DNA from: Fimbriimonadales bacterium
Lineage (GTDB): Bacteria > Armatimonadota > Fimbriimonadia > Fimbriimonadales > ATM1
DNA length: 29,300 bases
Assembly: GCA_041744215.1 (NCBI GenBank)
Contig: JBGTLG010000014.1
Span: 1-29,300 of the forward strand
Direction: 5' to 3'
The position numbers were made by a program, and so were the translations under genes. Positions 1 to 10,629 of this stretch are shown here, piece after piece (position 1 is the stretch's first letter; each line of letters begins with the position of its first letter). The notes under the pieces were generated by a model that was not told where the DNA came from, made no database searches, and saw only the letters and a program-made list of their open reading frames with translations.

Positions 1-1
1 C

Positions 2-160
2 TGGGTCGGGATCATGGAGAGCGAAGAATTCGACGACGTTGGGGTCGCTTGGGAGATGACCGGAAAAGGCAGGGGCCTCTATGCCATCGAATCCGGAATG
101 AATCCTGAGACCGCCTACTTTATCGGATGCAAACTGACCACCGGCCCCGCAGCAGGTTGA
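2..160 (+). CDS. 3' end of a hypothetical protein running in from the left edge (partial)
   Basis: Frame 2 is open from the window start to TGA at 158-160 (WVGIMESEEFDDVGVAWEMTGKGRGLYAIESGMNPETAYFIGCKLTTGPAAG*). Composition is protein-like. Confidence 0.6.
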   Translation, partial: WVGIMESEEFDDVGVAWEMTGKGRGLYAIESGMNPETAYFIGCKLTTGPAAG

Positions 161-177
161 CTTCTACCCCTCCCGAG

Positions 178-354
178 GACTTAACCGACGGAGGACTTGT
201 AACCGAAGGAATGAGCCCTAAACACTCGCAACACCGAACCCAACCCAGCCGGTGAACTCGAAAACCCGCGTTAACAATAATAAACGGTGATGAGTTCGAT
301 GAGTCCAGTGAGTCCGAGGAGCCGTTAACAAATCGAGCGCGGACAGGTCAACCA
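178..354 (+). repeat. Copy A of a 177-bp dispersed non-coding element (inverted copy at 28629-28805)
   Basis: Ungapped match to the reverse complement of 28629-28805: GACTTAACCGACGGA 15/15, core 265-331 61/67, CAGGTCAACCA 11/11, with identical spacer lengths (72 and 12 nt). Confidence 0.92.
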
Positions 355-500
355 ACCGAATGCCTGCGGGCGGCTCTCGTTTTAGTAAGTGCGTTTTTGT
401 AAGCGACCCCTCATCGCCCGGGTAATCTTCCTTCGCGACGAATCTCTACTATGGAGACTGCTCAAAGTGAGTCTGAGAATCACGGCTAAGTTCAGTCGTC

Positions 501-1859
501 ATGAAACCAACTGAGGGAATTCCGGCAACGCAAGGCTGCCCGGAACGGCTTCCTCTTTCGAGGGTAGCTGTCGGTTACCTCCTCCATTGCTTGGTACATT
601 TGCTCTGCCTGCCATACCTAACCGCAAACGGAGCGATCAGAGCATTGCGAGGTCGATACAAAGGCATCGCACTCACGCGACTCGCAGGAGGAGGCAGCCC
701 CAACGGAGGAAAGGGCTCGCTGATTTTTGTTGGCACAGCGCTCGGGGAAACCCGGATAGCGGTGCGCGCCGCAACGAGGCTTCAGCAGGAGCGCAGCGTA
801 CGCACCGCCGTTTGGCTAAAGACTACGCAAGTTGTTGAAGCGGCAAAGCGGCTCGGCGCAGAAGTCCCGACCGCGGTCGCGCCATTCAACAACCCGGTCT
901 CGGCGTTGATTGGGCTGCTCCGTTGGAAACCGTCGGGGCTGGTCTTCATCGAGAGCGCGAGACCGATGCATCTCGTATTCATGGCGCGACTTCTGGGCGT
1001 CCCGACTCTGCTTTGTAACGTCAAGGTTTCGGAGTTTCGTTCGAAGCGACACGGATCGCGCTTTATGGGTGCGTGGCGGTACCGCGCGCTGGGCGTCATC
1101 GCAGTCCAAGCCGAGATCCATAGAGACCGGTTGATGGCAATGGGTGTCCCCGCCAGCATGATCGTCGTGAGCGGCCCCGAGCTGGGCTCCATGATGCCGC
1201 CCGACGTGAGGCGCTCAAAGGCCGCAATGTGGAAAGAGGCCCTCAGCGCAACCGCCGGCTCTGCGCCAGTGGTTGTCGCGGGAAGTACGCACGAGCAAGA
1301 AGAGCCAATCATCCTGAGTGCGTTCGAGTCCTTTAGGAGGACCCACCCAAGCGCCGTCCTGGTCCTCGCCCCAAGGAGTACATGGAGAAAAGGCGGGCCC
1401 GAGTCCACCCTCAAGCTTCTTAACCTGGAATACCGACGTCGCTCCGAGCTAAACGGAGAGCCGTTGCCGAGTTCGCGCATCGTGCTTCTTGACACCCAAG
1501 GCGAGCTCCAAGAGGTGTACTCGGCGGCCGCGGTCGCTTTCGTTGGTGGCACACTGGTTCATGGCGTCGGGGGGCACAGCCCGACCGAACCGCTTACATG
1601 GGGCGTCCCCGTGACCCTCGGTCCGAACTTTGACCATCAAGAGGCTGTCGTCGCCGCCCTCGCTCCGTTCGATTTCGTCTCGGTCTGCCGGACCGCCGAG
1701 GACCTTACGAACACCTGGCACCGGTGGGCTGACTGCGAGCCCGATCCTGACGTCGCGGCGCAGATCGGCGACCTTGTGAACGACCGCGCGTCCGTCTACC
1801 ACACCTGGCACGACATCGTTCGGAGACACGACGCGGGACAGGTAGCCGTCGTCAACTGA
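501..1859 (+). CDS. waaA: 3-deoxy-D-manno-octulosonic acid (Kdo) transferase-like glycosyltransferase (GT30, WaaA/KdtA family), divergent
   Basis: N-terminal hydrophobic anchor. Motifs ALGE, AGSTHEQEE, LVLAPR, LLDTQGEL..YSAA.VAFVGGTL, GGHSPTEP and GPNF match the WaaA pattern. Exact start uncertain. Confidence 0.75.
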   Translation: MKPTEGIPATQGCPERLPLSRVAVGYLLHCLVHLLCLPYLTANGAIRALRGRYKGIALTRLAGGGSPNGGKGSLIFVGTALGETRIAVRAATRLQQERSVRTAVWLKTTQVVEAAKRLGAEVPTAVAPFNNPVSALIGLLRWKPSGLVFIESARPMHLVFMARLLGVPTLLCNVKVSEFRSKRHGSRFMGAWRYRALGVIAVQAEIHRDRLMAMGVPASMIVVSGPELGSMMPPDVRRSKAAMWKEALSATAGSAPVVVAGSTHEQEEPIILSAFESFRRTHPSAVLVLAPRSTWRKGGPESTLKLLNLEYRRRSELNGEPLPSSRIVLLDTQGELQEVYSAAAVAFVGGTLVHGVGGHSPTEPLTWGVPVTLGPNFDHQEAVVAALAPFDFVSVCRTAEDLTNTWHRWADCEPDPDVAAQIGDLVNDRASVYHTWHDIVRRHDAGQVAVVN

Positions 1860-1907
1860 CCCGGTCGCCCGAGCCGCGCAATCGGCTAAACTTGTGGCTC
1901 AGCCGCA

Positions 1908-3806
1908 ATGTCCAAAATCACGTTTCTCCCTTTCAACGTGGCCGAGCCCGTTCGCCCAGCGCTTGGGCGGCAACTCGCCCACTTTCTCCACGAGACGATC
2001 AAAGTTCTGCCCGACACCGAAGCCCAGTATTTGACGGCGATGGCTCAGGTCGGCGAAGGCGAAGAGCGCGAAGCGGCTTTCGTCAATTTTAGCGATAAGC
2101 TCAACGAGCCAGATTTTCTGCGCCAGCTTCTGGGCCAAACCGGCGCCGAATACATCGTCGACGGACTTCTCATCGACAAAGAACCGGGATACGTTTTAAC
2201 CGTGCGCGTCTTCAAAGACGGTGAAAACTCAGCGCCAACTCCGTTCGAGCGCGAGTTTCGTGTTGAAGACCTCTTTGATACGGTCAAGTGGATGATCGAT
2301 AACGTCGGTCGAGAAACGGGCACCGCGCTTCCTCCCGCGACTGTTGAGGCGATGGACTTCGGGACCGACGATCCCAACGCTTTCCGTGACTTCTTAGTTG
2401 GATTCGATGCAGTCGCCTACCTGCAACAAGCAGGCGAACACGCCGCGAAGGCATTCGATGTCGGCGTCGCTTTTGACAGCTTGCTCTCGTCGTTGGACGC
2501 AGATTCGGATTTTCTCGGACCATACGAAGCTGCTCTGCAACTTTCTCGACTTTGCGCGCAGAACAACATCGGCAACTTTGCCCTCGTCGAAGAGAAATTG
2601 TCAAAGGTAATCGCTGTCCAGCCAGAAGATTGGCGCGGGCATTTCGTTCTCGGTGAGCTGTACATGGCAGCGGGCCGCATCGCGGACGCGACGACGAAGT
2701 TTGAAAAGGCTGCATTCCTGATGGAGCAAGATCATCGCAAAAGTCAGAAGGAAAAGGAGGAAGGAAAGGACACAGAAATCACGCCGTTGGAACCCGCCGT
2801 CTACTCACGCTTGGGCCTCGCACAAGTCGCGCAAAAGATGGTCGTCAACGCAGAACGCTCGTTTCGAAAAGCGGTTGACCTCGAAGGCGAGGATAAGCCC
2901 TCATTGGACCTTTTGAGCAACCTCTTGAATCAAACGGGTCGCGGGCACGAAGTTCCACCGCTTTGGAGAGACGTTCTCGATCGGCACCCTGCTTCTGGCG
3001 CAGCATGGGCGAAGTACGCGATCTCGCTCGCTCAGAATGGGAAGGAGGATGACGCGGGCAAGGCGTTCGAAGAAGGGCTGATCAAGTCGGACGGCGCGCC
3101 GATTGTAAAGCGATACCTCGCACCGTATCTTGCGGGCAAAGGTGACTTCAATCGATCGATGGACCTGTATGAGGACTGCATCGAAGCGGAGCCAACCGAC
3201 ATCGCGCTGATGATCGAGTATGCGCAGACACTCGATCGCGCAGAGCGTCGACATGAGATTCCGGACGTGTTGAATGCAGTCCTTGCTGTTGGCCCCGACC
3301 AAAACGTCAAGGCGCAGACACTCGCGTGGCTTTATGAATTGGAGCAGCCCAAACGCGCAGAAGCACTAATGCGCGCGCAAGAGAAAATGGAAAAGGAGGA
3401 TTTCGTCGGGGCAGTCGCGGACCTTGAGCCGCTTGTCGAGTGGATGCAAGACTACTGGAAGCCGTGGCTTATGCTCTCGCAACTATACAACAGACTTAGC
3501 CGCTGGACTGATGCAGAGCGAGCCGCGACGCATTTGCTAAATCTCTTCCCTGGATGCGAGCCTGGATACGCAGAACTGGGTCAAGCTTTGTCGCAGCAAG
3601 GGCGAGACGAGGATGCCTACCGAATGCTTACTTTCGCTCTTCGATCGATGCCTGGCTCACTGATGATTGCGGTGAATCTGGCGTTGGCGGCGAAGCGAGC
3701 AGGTCACGTTGACGAGGCTCGCCGCCTCGCAAGTCAGATACGCGAAGCCGTTGGCAACGACAATATTGAACTCAACAATGCGTTGGCCGAAGTCGACCGG
3801 ATCTGA
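1908..3806 (+). CDS. Tetratricopeptide repeat (TPR) protein
   Basis: 632-aa ORF with many TPR-like helical pairs (e.g. WRGHFVLGELYMAAGRIADA, AVYSRLGLAQ, GYAELGQALSQQGRDEDA). Confidence 0.85.
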   Translation: MSKITFLPFNVAEPVRPALGRQLAHFLHETIKVLPDTEAQYLTAMAQVGEGEEREAAFVNFSDKLNEPDFLRQLLGQTGAEYIVDGLLIDKEPGYVLTVRVFKDGENSAPTPFEREFRVEDLFDTVKWMIDNVGRETGTALPPATVEAMDFGTDDPNAFRDFLVGFDAVAYLQQAGEHAAKAFDVGVAFDSLLSSLDADSDFLGPYEAALQLSRLCAQNNIGNFALVEEKLSKVIAVQPEDWRGHFVLGELYMAAGRIADATTKFEKAAFLMEQDHRKSQKEKEEGKDTEITPLEPAVYSRLGLAQVAQKMVVNAERSFRKAVDLEGEDKPSLDLLSNLLNQTGRGHEVPPLWRDVLDRHPASGAAWAKYAISLAQNGKEDDAGKAFEEGLIKSDGAPIVKRYLAPYLAGKGDFNRSMDLYEDCIEAEPTDIALMIEYAQTLDRAERRHEIPDVLNAVLAVGPDQNVKAQTLAWLYELEQPKRAEALMRAQEKMEKEDFVGAVADLEPLVEWMQDYWKPWLMLSQLYNRLSRWTDAERAATHLLNLFPGCEPGYAELGQALSQQGRDEDAYRMLTFALRSMPGSLMIAVNLALAAKRAGHVDEARRLASQIREAVGNDNIELNNALAEVDRI

Positions 3807-3842
3807 CACGACCGGGTCATACGCGCAGTCATCTTTATAGAA

Positions 3843-6515
3843 ATGTTTCTTCTCGCATGGCTTGCCGTGGTGGATGCCCAGCAAGTCTCGCTCCCGGTTG
3901 AACCCATTTACGCACTGCCCTCGGCCTTCAACGCCCAGCCGGGCGAACGCATGCGGCTGGGCTCGCTCGTTCCTCCGGCGGTCGATGCCGAGGATCTCGT
4001 GCGGCTCGGGATTACCTTTTTCGTAGCCAGAACGAACGAACTGGGCTCGCCGGGCGCGGCTTCGGGGGCTCAGAACCTGGCATCACTTGCCGATCAGCGA
4101 AAAGCATTTGAGACACTCGGTACAGGTTTTGGCGTGTCGATTTTCACGACATTCCCAGACTTCGATGACAGCATGATCGTTGGAGAGGGTGCCGTGAATC
4201 TCATCGATGGTTCGCGGATGCCGACGTTCTCGCCATGGGACATCGAGCGTGTACGCTTTTCTGCAATCGGGTACGGCGCAGTCAATCGCGCATTGTCAAA
4301 ACTCGATGTAGTAACACTCAAGATTCTGAGTGAGTACGGGGACGCGAGTTTCTTCACCGGACTTGCTGCTCGAGATCGTGAACAGATTGCGATTTGGGAG
4401 CGCGTGCTGCGAACCGAACCGCCAAAAGCCGGCATCTGGTCAGGAGATCCAAAAGCGCTCGCAGCATGGCAAAGGCGCTTGGCAAGCGTGCATGGGTCGA
4501 ATGAACAAGCTTACGCAGATTGGGGAATGGAAGTCGAAGACCCGAGCAAACTGCCGCTGCCAATCACTCCTGATTATCCGTACTCGGCCCGTCTGCAGTT
4601 CATGTCCTGGTATCGCGATGCTACTCCCAGCCTTGTCGGTCAGTTAGCTGGCGTGGCTGATGAGATATTCCTTGAGACGCCACTGCTCGTGCCGCTCGGT
4701 CCGCCCAGTGACCTGCCCTATCTTGGTCTGGACATCTACTCGGTCGCGAAAGCTGCCGGCAAAGCCGACGGAATCAAAGTCACGAACTTAGGCTTCTACG
4801 ACTTCGCAGAAGACTGGGCCATGTCGCTCGGGCGAACCCGAGGAGCTGCGCGCGCGACAAACACACCAGTGTGGACAGAAGCGCCGACCGTCGGCACGCC
4901 GACAAAGTTTGATCAAAGAATCTTTGAAGCGCTATCACTTGGATCGAGAGGACACATCGACTGGGCTCAAGCCTACCGGGGGTCCGCGAGTTCCATCAAA
5001 GATTTGCTGCCGCACCTAACCTATTCGGAACCCAGGTGCGACGTAGCGGTCATCTATCCAAGTTCCTCTCATGTCTTGCGTCTTAATCAGACAGTTCCGG
5101 CACTGTTGTTCCGGAGCGCAGTTGAACTTCGCGACTACTTAGATTTTGATGTTTTAGAAGAGTCGGCTGTGATTGCGGGAGCGCTTTCGAACTATCGGGT
5201 CGCAGTTCTTTTGGAAGGAAGCATCTGGGATGTGCGGGCTCTCAATGCGCTTCGCGATTGGGTCAGATCGGGGGGGGTAATCGCAGCCTACGATTTCGGA
5301 AGAATGGCGGATCCGTTCGGAGGGACTTCAGTTTGGCAGGAACTTTTTGGCTGGTCGACGCAACTGCCCCGTGCAAGAGCGGACGAGCGATGGCAGGGCG
5401 CTATTCCCGAGGCTTACAGGATTGACTTCGGTGGCGATGGTGACGAAGAGTTTGTGCAAGGTCGGTGGGGAACCGGCGGTGAAGGCGGGCGGTTTGCAAG
5501 CAACGGCGCGACGTTGAGATTGCCTGCGCGCACCGGTCGAGAAACTGCGGTTACCGTTCACTTCGCTAGTCAAAGCACAAGGGAAGGAAACATCGAGATT
5601 TTCTTGAACGGACGGAAGCAGGCAGGATTAACGCTTGAAGGCGGCATTTCAAGGTTCCAGTTTATTGCCGGTCCTGACGAAGTATCAACGGGCACCATTA
5701 GAATCGGTTTCGACGGCATGGCTGCGGACGCATCAGTGCGCATCGCAGCGATTGAGATAGCGGACCCAAACACCGAGTCGCCACCAGGACCGTTGGTCGG
5801 GTTCTTTGAGGCTCCAGTTGATCCTGCGATCATCTCGCGAGAGTGGTCCCGACGATATGGCCAGGGGCTTACGGTCTTCATGCCCGGTCAGCGCACACTT
5901 TGGAAAACCTACATCGGCGTGGTCCGCGCACTGACTTACCGGCTCGCGGAGATTCTAGAAGGAGCGAAAGAGGCACCAGCCCTCGACGATCGTCGCGACG
6001 GAATATTCGTGACAGATCTAGGTGATCGGGTTGCGGTTTACAATCCGACATCCGCCGACGTGGTGAAGAGTATTGCGACTCCAACAGGCCGCCGCGAAAT
6101 CCGTTTAGGCGGCGGCCGGCTGGGGATCCTCTCACTAAGACCACCGGCGCACACCATTGTCATTCAGTGCGAAGATGCGCCAAATGCACGCAAATCATCC
6201 GATGGGCTATCGGCCATGGTCCAGGGGCCAGAGGGCCTCACCGTTTTTGCGCAAGTCCCCCGTGCGGGCAGGTTCCGCCTGTTCGCACGCACCACCCGGG
6301 ACGGGCGCCCCGCTCCGGTGCGGTTCACCATCGCCGGTCAGGACTTCGCCCCGATCACGGCGCATGCCGCCGGCGACCTCTACTCTGTTGGTTCGGTGCA
6401 GCTACCGGCCGGGGAGGTCAAGATCGTGCTGTCCGCAGATCGTGAGTTTGAGGCGGATCTGCTCGTGCTTACGGATGACCCGTCAGTCTCCGGCTACCGG
6501 CTGGCCAGAGAATAG
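3843..6515 (+). CDS. Large secreted protein with a beta-galactosidase trimerisation-like (class I GATase-like) central domain and C-terminal beta-sandwich domains
   Basis: 890-aa ORF with a short hydrophobic N-terminus. Segment DVAVIYP...DFDVLEE...LSNYRVAVL...LRDWVRSGGVI resembles the GH42 trimerisation domain. Function not established. Confidence 0.6.
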   Translation: MFLLAWLAVVDAQQVSLPVEPIYALPSAFNAQPGERMRLGSLVPPAVDAEDLVRLGITFFVARTNELGSPGAASGAQNLASLADQRKAFETLGTGFGVSIFTTFPDFDDSMIVGEGAVNLIDGSRMPTFSPWDIERVRFSAIGYGAVNRALSKLDVVTLKILSEYGDASFFTGLAARDREQIAIWERVLRTEPPKAGIWSGDPKALAAWQRRLASVHGSNEQAYADWGMEVEDPSKLPLPITPDYPYSARLQFMSWYRDATPSLVGQLAGVADEIFLETPLLVPLGPPSDLPYLGLDIYSVAKAAGKADGIKVTNLGFYDFAEDWAMSLGRTRGAARATNTPVWTEAPTVGTPTKFDQRIFEALSLGSRGHIDWAQAYRGSASSIKDLLPHLTYSEPRCDVAVIYPSSSHVLRLNQTVPALLFRSAVELRDYLDFDVLEESAVIAGALSNYRVAVLLEGSIWDVRALNALRDWVRSGGVIAAYDFGRMADPFGGTSVWQELFGWSTQLPRARADERWQGAIPEAYRIDFGGDGDEEFVQGRWGTGGEGGRFASNGATLRLPARTGRETAVTVHFASQSTREGNIEIFLNGRKQAGLTLEGGISRFQFIAGPDEVSTGTIRIGFDGMAADASVRIAAIEIADPNTESPPGPLVGFFEAPVDPAIISREWSRRYGQGLTVFMPGQRTLWKTYIGVVRALTYRLAEILEGAKEAPALDDRRDGIFVTDLGDRVAVYNPTSADVVKSIATPTGRREIRLGGGRLGILSLRPPAHTIVIQCEDAPNARKSSDGLSAMVQGPEGLTVFAQVPRAGRFRLFARTTRDGRPAPVRFTIAGQDFAPITAHAAGDLYSVGSVQLPAGEVKIVLSADREFEADLLVLTDDPSVSGYRLARE

Positions 6516-6651
6516 GGACAAACTCTGAACGCTTCTGCACCGATTCTCCGTCTCAAACTAATGTAGCGCGGGTATCATCGCGCTCGTTTGAGAACCCTAT
6601 GGCCGGTGCGGCTCCCCGGATCGAAGGGATTCAGACTGGAGGGCTAAGAAA

Positions 6652-8067
6652 ATGGCAACTCGGAGAGGTTACGGGCTGAAGGCAGCGCTTTCGGCCACGG
6701 CGATCATCGCAGGTGGAGCAGTTTCCGCCTCAATAAACCCGCTCGCGCCTGGTCTTTACTATGACGCGGACATCAAAATCAGCCGGGCTATCGGCAGCCC
6801 CGCGATCACCGTGGCGTACTCAGGCGCCAAGGCCGCTCGGATGCAGATCAGGCTGAACGGCGTCACTATCGCGTCTCGGGATCTGGATAAGGCGAGGTCC
6901 GCTGGCGAAGCAGGCTTCAACCTGAATCTTGAACGGCTCCAACAGGGCGACAATGTCATCGAGGCGATCCTCTTCGATGACCAAGGTAAGAAGCTGGGCA
7001 CTCATAAGATGGTCGTCGCTGTCGAGCAACGGACTGACCAGCCAATCTTCATCAGGATGCCCAAGGCCGGCGATTCTCTGCAGGGGACCGTGCTCATTGA
7101 CGTTGGGCTCGGCATACAGGCCAAAAACGCTTTTGTCTCGTTCTTCGTGAACAAAGAGTTCAAGGGAATGAAGAACTACCCGCCCTACACCCTCGCTTGG
7201 GACACGACCAAGGAGTCGAACGGCTGGCACGAGATCGAGGTCTGGCTTTATGATGAGACACAGACGACTCTCAAATCACCCGTCGCGCGAGTTTTCATTG
7301 AGAACCCCGGCGGCCGAACTGAGAGGGTCGAGCCTGCGCTGGAGCCCGTCCTCGCGGAGCCGACGCTGACACCTCCGTCTGGAGCCATCAAAGGCGTGAA
7401 GAACGCTGAAGGGGTGGCTGAGCCGCTCAAGGCGGCGCCGGTCGTGGCCGCACCCGTGGCTGCGCCAGCGCTCCCTGATCCCGCTGTCAAGAGCCCGGTC
7501 GGCACACAGCGTGGGGCAAAGACTGGCGATGGAGTGTACGTCGAAGCCATCGGCACGAGAGTATCGACCCCAAACCCGAGCCAGCCACAGGCACAGCCCC
7601 AGCAGCCGATAGCAGAAACGCACTCGCCAACTGCCACCGCGACCCCGGCAATACGAACTTTGCCTATCGACTTCGGATCAAGGATCTCGACGACTGCGCC
7701 GATCTCGATCTGGTTCAATGGCTCACCGATTGAATTTGATGTCCAGCCGAGAATTCAAGACGGAGTCCCCCTGACACCCTTCCGCTTCCTCTATGAGCGC
7801 GCTGGTGGCAAGGTCGACTGGTTCCAGAAAGAGTTCGTCGTGACCGCAACCGGCCTCGGCTACGACGTTTGGCTGAAGATCGGCAACCCGTACGCGCGGG
7901 TCAACGGACAGCAGGTTCAGCTTGAACTGGCTCCGTTCATCGACACCCGGCGGACGATCGTCCCGATGTCCTTCATCAAGGACGTGCTTGACGTAGACGT
8001 CGATTTCGACCCGGCGACGGGGCACGTCTTGATCACGCAAGCAAAGAAGGCCGAAGAGAAGAAATAG
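6652..8067 (+). CDS. Secreted protein with Ig-like domains, Pro/Ala-rich linker and C-terminal copper amine oxidase N-terminal-like (stalk) domain
   Basis: GGAGG RBS upstream and a signal peptide. PPYTLAWDTTKESNGWH is typical of bacterial Ig-like domains. FDVQPRIQDGVPLTPFRF...APFIDTRRTIVPMSFI is typical of the Cu_amine_oxidN1 domain. Confidence 0.8.
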   Translation: MATRRGYGLKAALSATAIIAGGAVSASINPLAPGLYYDADIKISRAIGSPAITVAYSGAKAARMQIRLNGVTIASRDLDKARSAGEAGFNLNLERLQQGDNVIEAILFDDQGKKLGTHKMVVAVEQRTDQPIFIRMPKAGDSLQGTVLIDVGLGIQAKNAFVSFFVNKEFKGMKNYPPYTLAWDTTKESNGWHEIEVWLYDETQTTLKSPVARVFIENPGGRTERVEPALEPVLAEPTLTPPSGAIKGVKNAEGVAEPLKAAPVVAAPVAAPALPDPAVKSPVGTQRGAKTGDGVYVEAIGTRVSTPNPSQPQAQPQQPIAETHSPTATATPAIRTLPIDFGSRISTTAPISIWFNGSPIEFDVQPRIQDGVPLTPFRFLYERAGGKVDWFQKEFVVTATGLGYDVWLKIGNPYARVNGQQVQLELAPFIDTRRTIVPMSFIKDVLDVDVDFDPATGHVLITQAKKAEEKK

Positions 8068-8083
8068 GACCGACAGACTCGGA

Positions 8084-8119
8084 GGGAAGAAAGCGGCGGC
8101 TCTGGCCGTCGCTTTTTCC
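8084..8119 (+). terminator. Rho-independent terminator
   Basis: AAAGCGGCGGC-TCTG-GCCGTCGCTTTTT hairpin with a T-tract just after the stop at 8067. Confidence 0.8.
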
Positions 8120-8161
8120 TTAAGTTTTGCTTACGCCGCGCCGAAAGTGTTAAAGGGAGTT

Positions 8162-8554
8162 ATGAGCGAACACGGCAACAATGGGGCGGAGGTAGCTTCG
8201 AAGGCAGAAATGCGTCAGCAGCAGCGGCACCCGGTCCTCGAATTCGGAATGTTATGGCGGCCGAATGGCTCCGTTCCTTGTCGCGTCGGCTCGGCTCTCA
8301 TCACAAACGTTAGCCTCGGTGGAGTTCAGTTTAAGGCGCGGCAAGACCTCCAACCGGAGGAACACCTTCTGTTGGAGTTAGCTACGGATGATGGCCCGGT
8401 ATTCCTTCCTGGAGACGTTCGCTACGTAAAGCCGGGGGAAGACGGCACCGGAACCTATGGCTTTCGGTTCCAACCGTGTTCGAAGGCAGAGCGACAGGCT
8501 GTGGCGAAGTACGTTCTCGCGATCAACGAGCGAGACTTCGCAAGCGGGGCGTAG
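8162..8554 (+). CDS. PilZ domain protein (c-di-GMP receptor)
   Basis: RxxxR (RQQQR) and NxSxGG (NVSLGG) motifs. ATG 8162 chosen over GTG 8147 because AGGGAG lies just upstream. Confidence 0.85.
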   Translation: MSEHGNNGAEVASKAEMRQQQRHPVLEFGMLWRPNGSVPCRVGSALITNVSLGGVQFKARQDLQPEEHLLLELATDDGPVFLPGDVRYVKPGEDGTGTYGFRFQPCSKAERQAVAKYVLAINERDFASGA

Positions 8555-8574
8555 CTTTCGCTGGCTGTCTGGTG

Positions 8575-10230
<1,656 letters not shown>

Positions 10231-10463
10231 TTATGGCGCGATTTCGAAGCTCGCCGTTGGGCCCAAACCCTGGAAAGCCTAACGGCTCGCAATTCTTCCA
10301 TCGGCATGCTTGCTGACAGCAAGAAAGCTAACCGCAATCCTTCCGTCGGTAAGAGAGCCTGACTTCAATCAGATTTCGCACTAATACGGGCATTTGGGGC
10401 TCACGAACACCGGACTTTGAGGAAAAAGCCTCCTGCGCCGATGCGCCGAAGGAGGAAAAGTCG

Positions 10464-10556
10464 ATGATGTACACGATCATCGCGATTGCGGTGGCAGGAG
10501 CAGCCGTGGCAGGAGCCTATAGCTTGCTAAAAGATTCGCTGGCCGATCTTTGGTAA
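10464..10556 (+). CDS. Putative small single-pass membrane peptide (30 aa), not in the ORF track
   Basis: MMYTIIAIAVAGAAVAGAYSLLKDSLADLW*. Strong SD AAGGAGG at 10449-10455, 8 nt before the ATG. Confidence 0.55.
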   Translation: MMYTIIAIAVAGAAVAGAYSLLKDSLADLW

Positions 10557-10587
10557 TCGTTTTCCTATCCGCCAGAGTGTCTCCTCC

Positions 10588-10619
10588 GTGGGCCGTTCCC
10601 TTTCTCGGGAGCGGCCCAC
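10588..10619 (+). terminator. Strong 13-bp hairpin (terminator or RNA processing/stability stem)
   Basis: GTGGGCCGTTCCC-TTTCTC-GGGAGCGGCCCAC with one G-U pair on the + strand. Only a weak, offset T-tract follows. Confidence 0.45.
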
Positions 10620-10629
10620 TCCGCATTTT

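Noticed and set aside
269-331. CRISPR array
   Set aside because: The units are only 9 bp with no unique spacers, and there are no cas genes.
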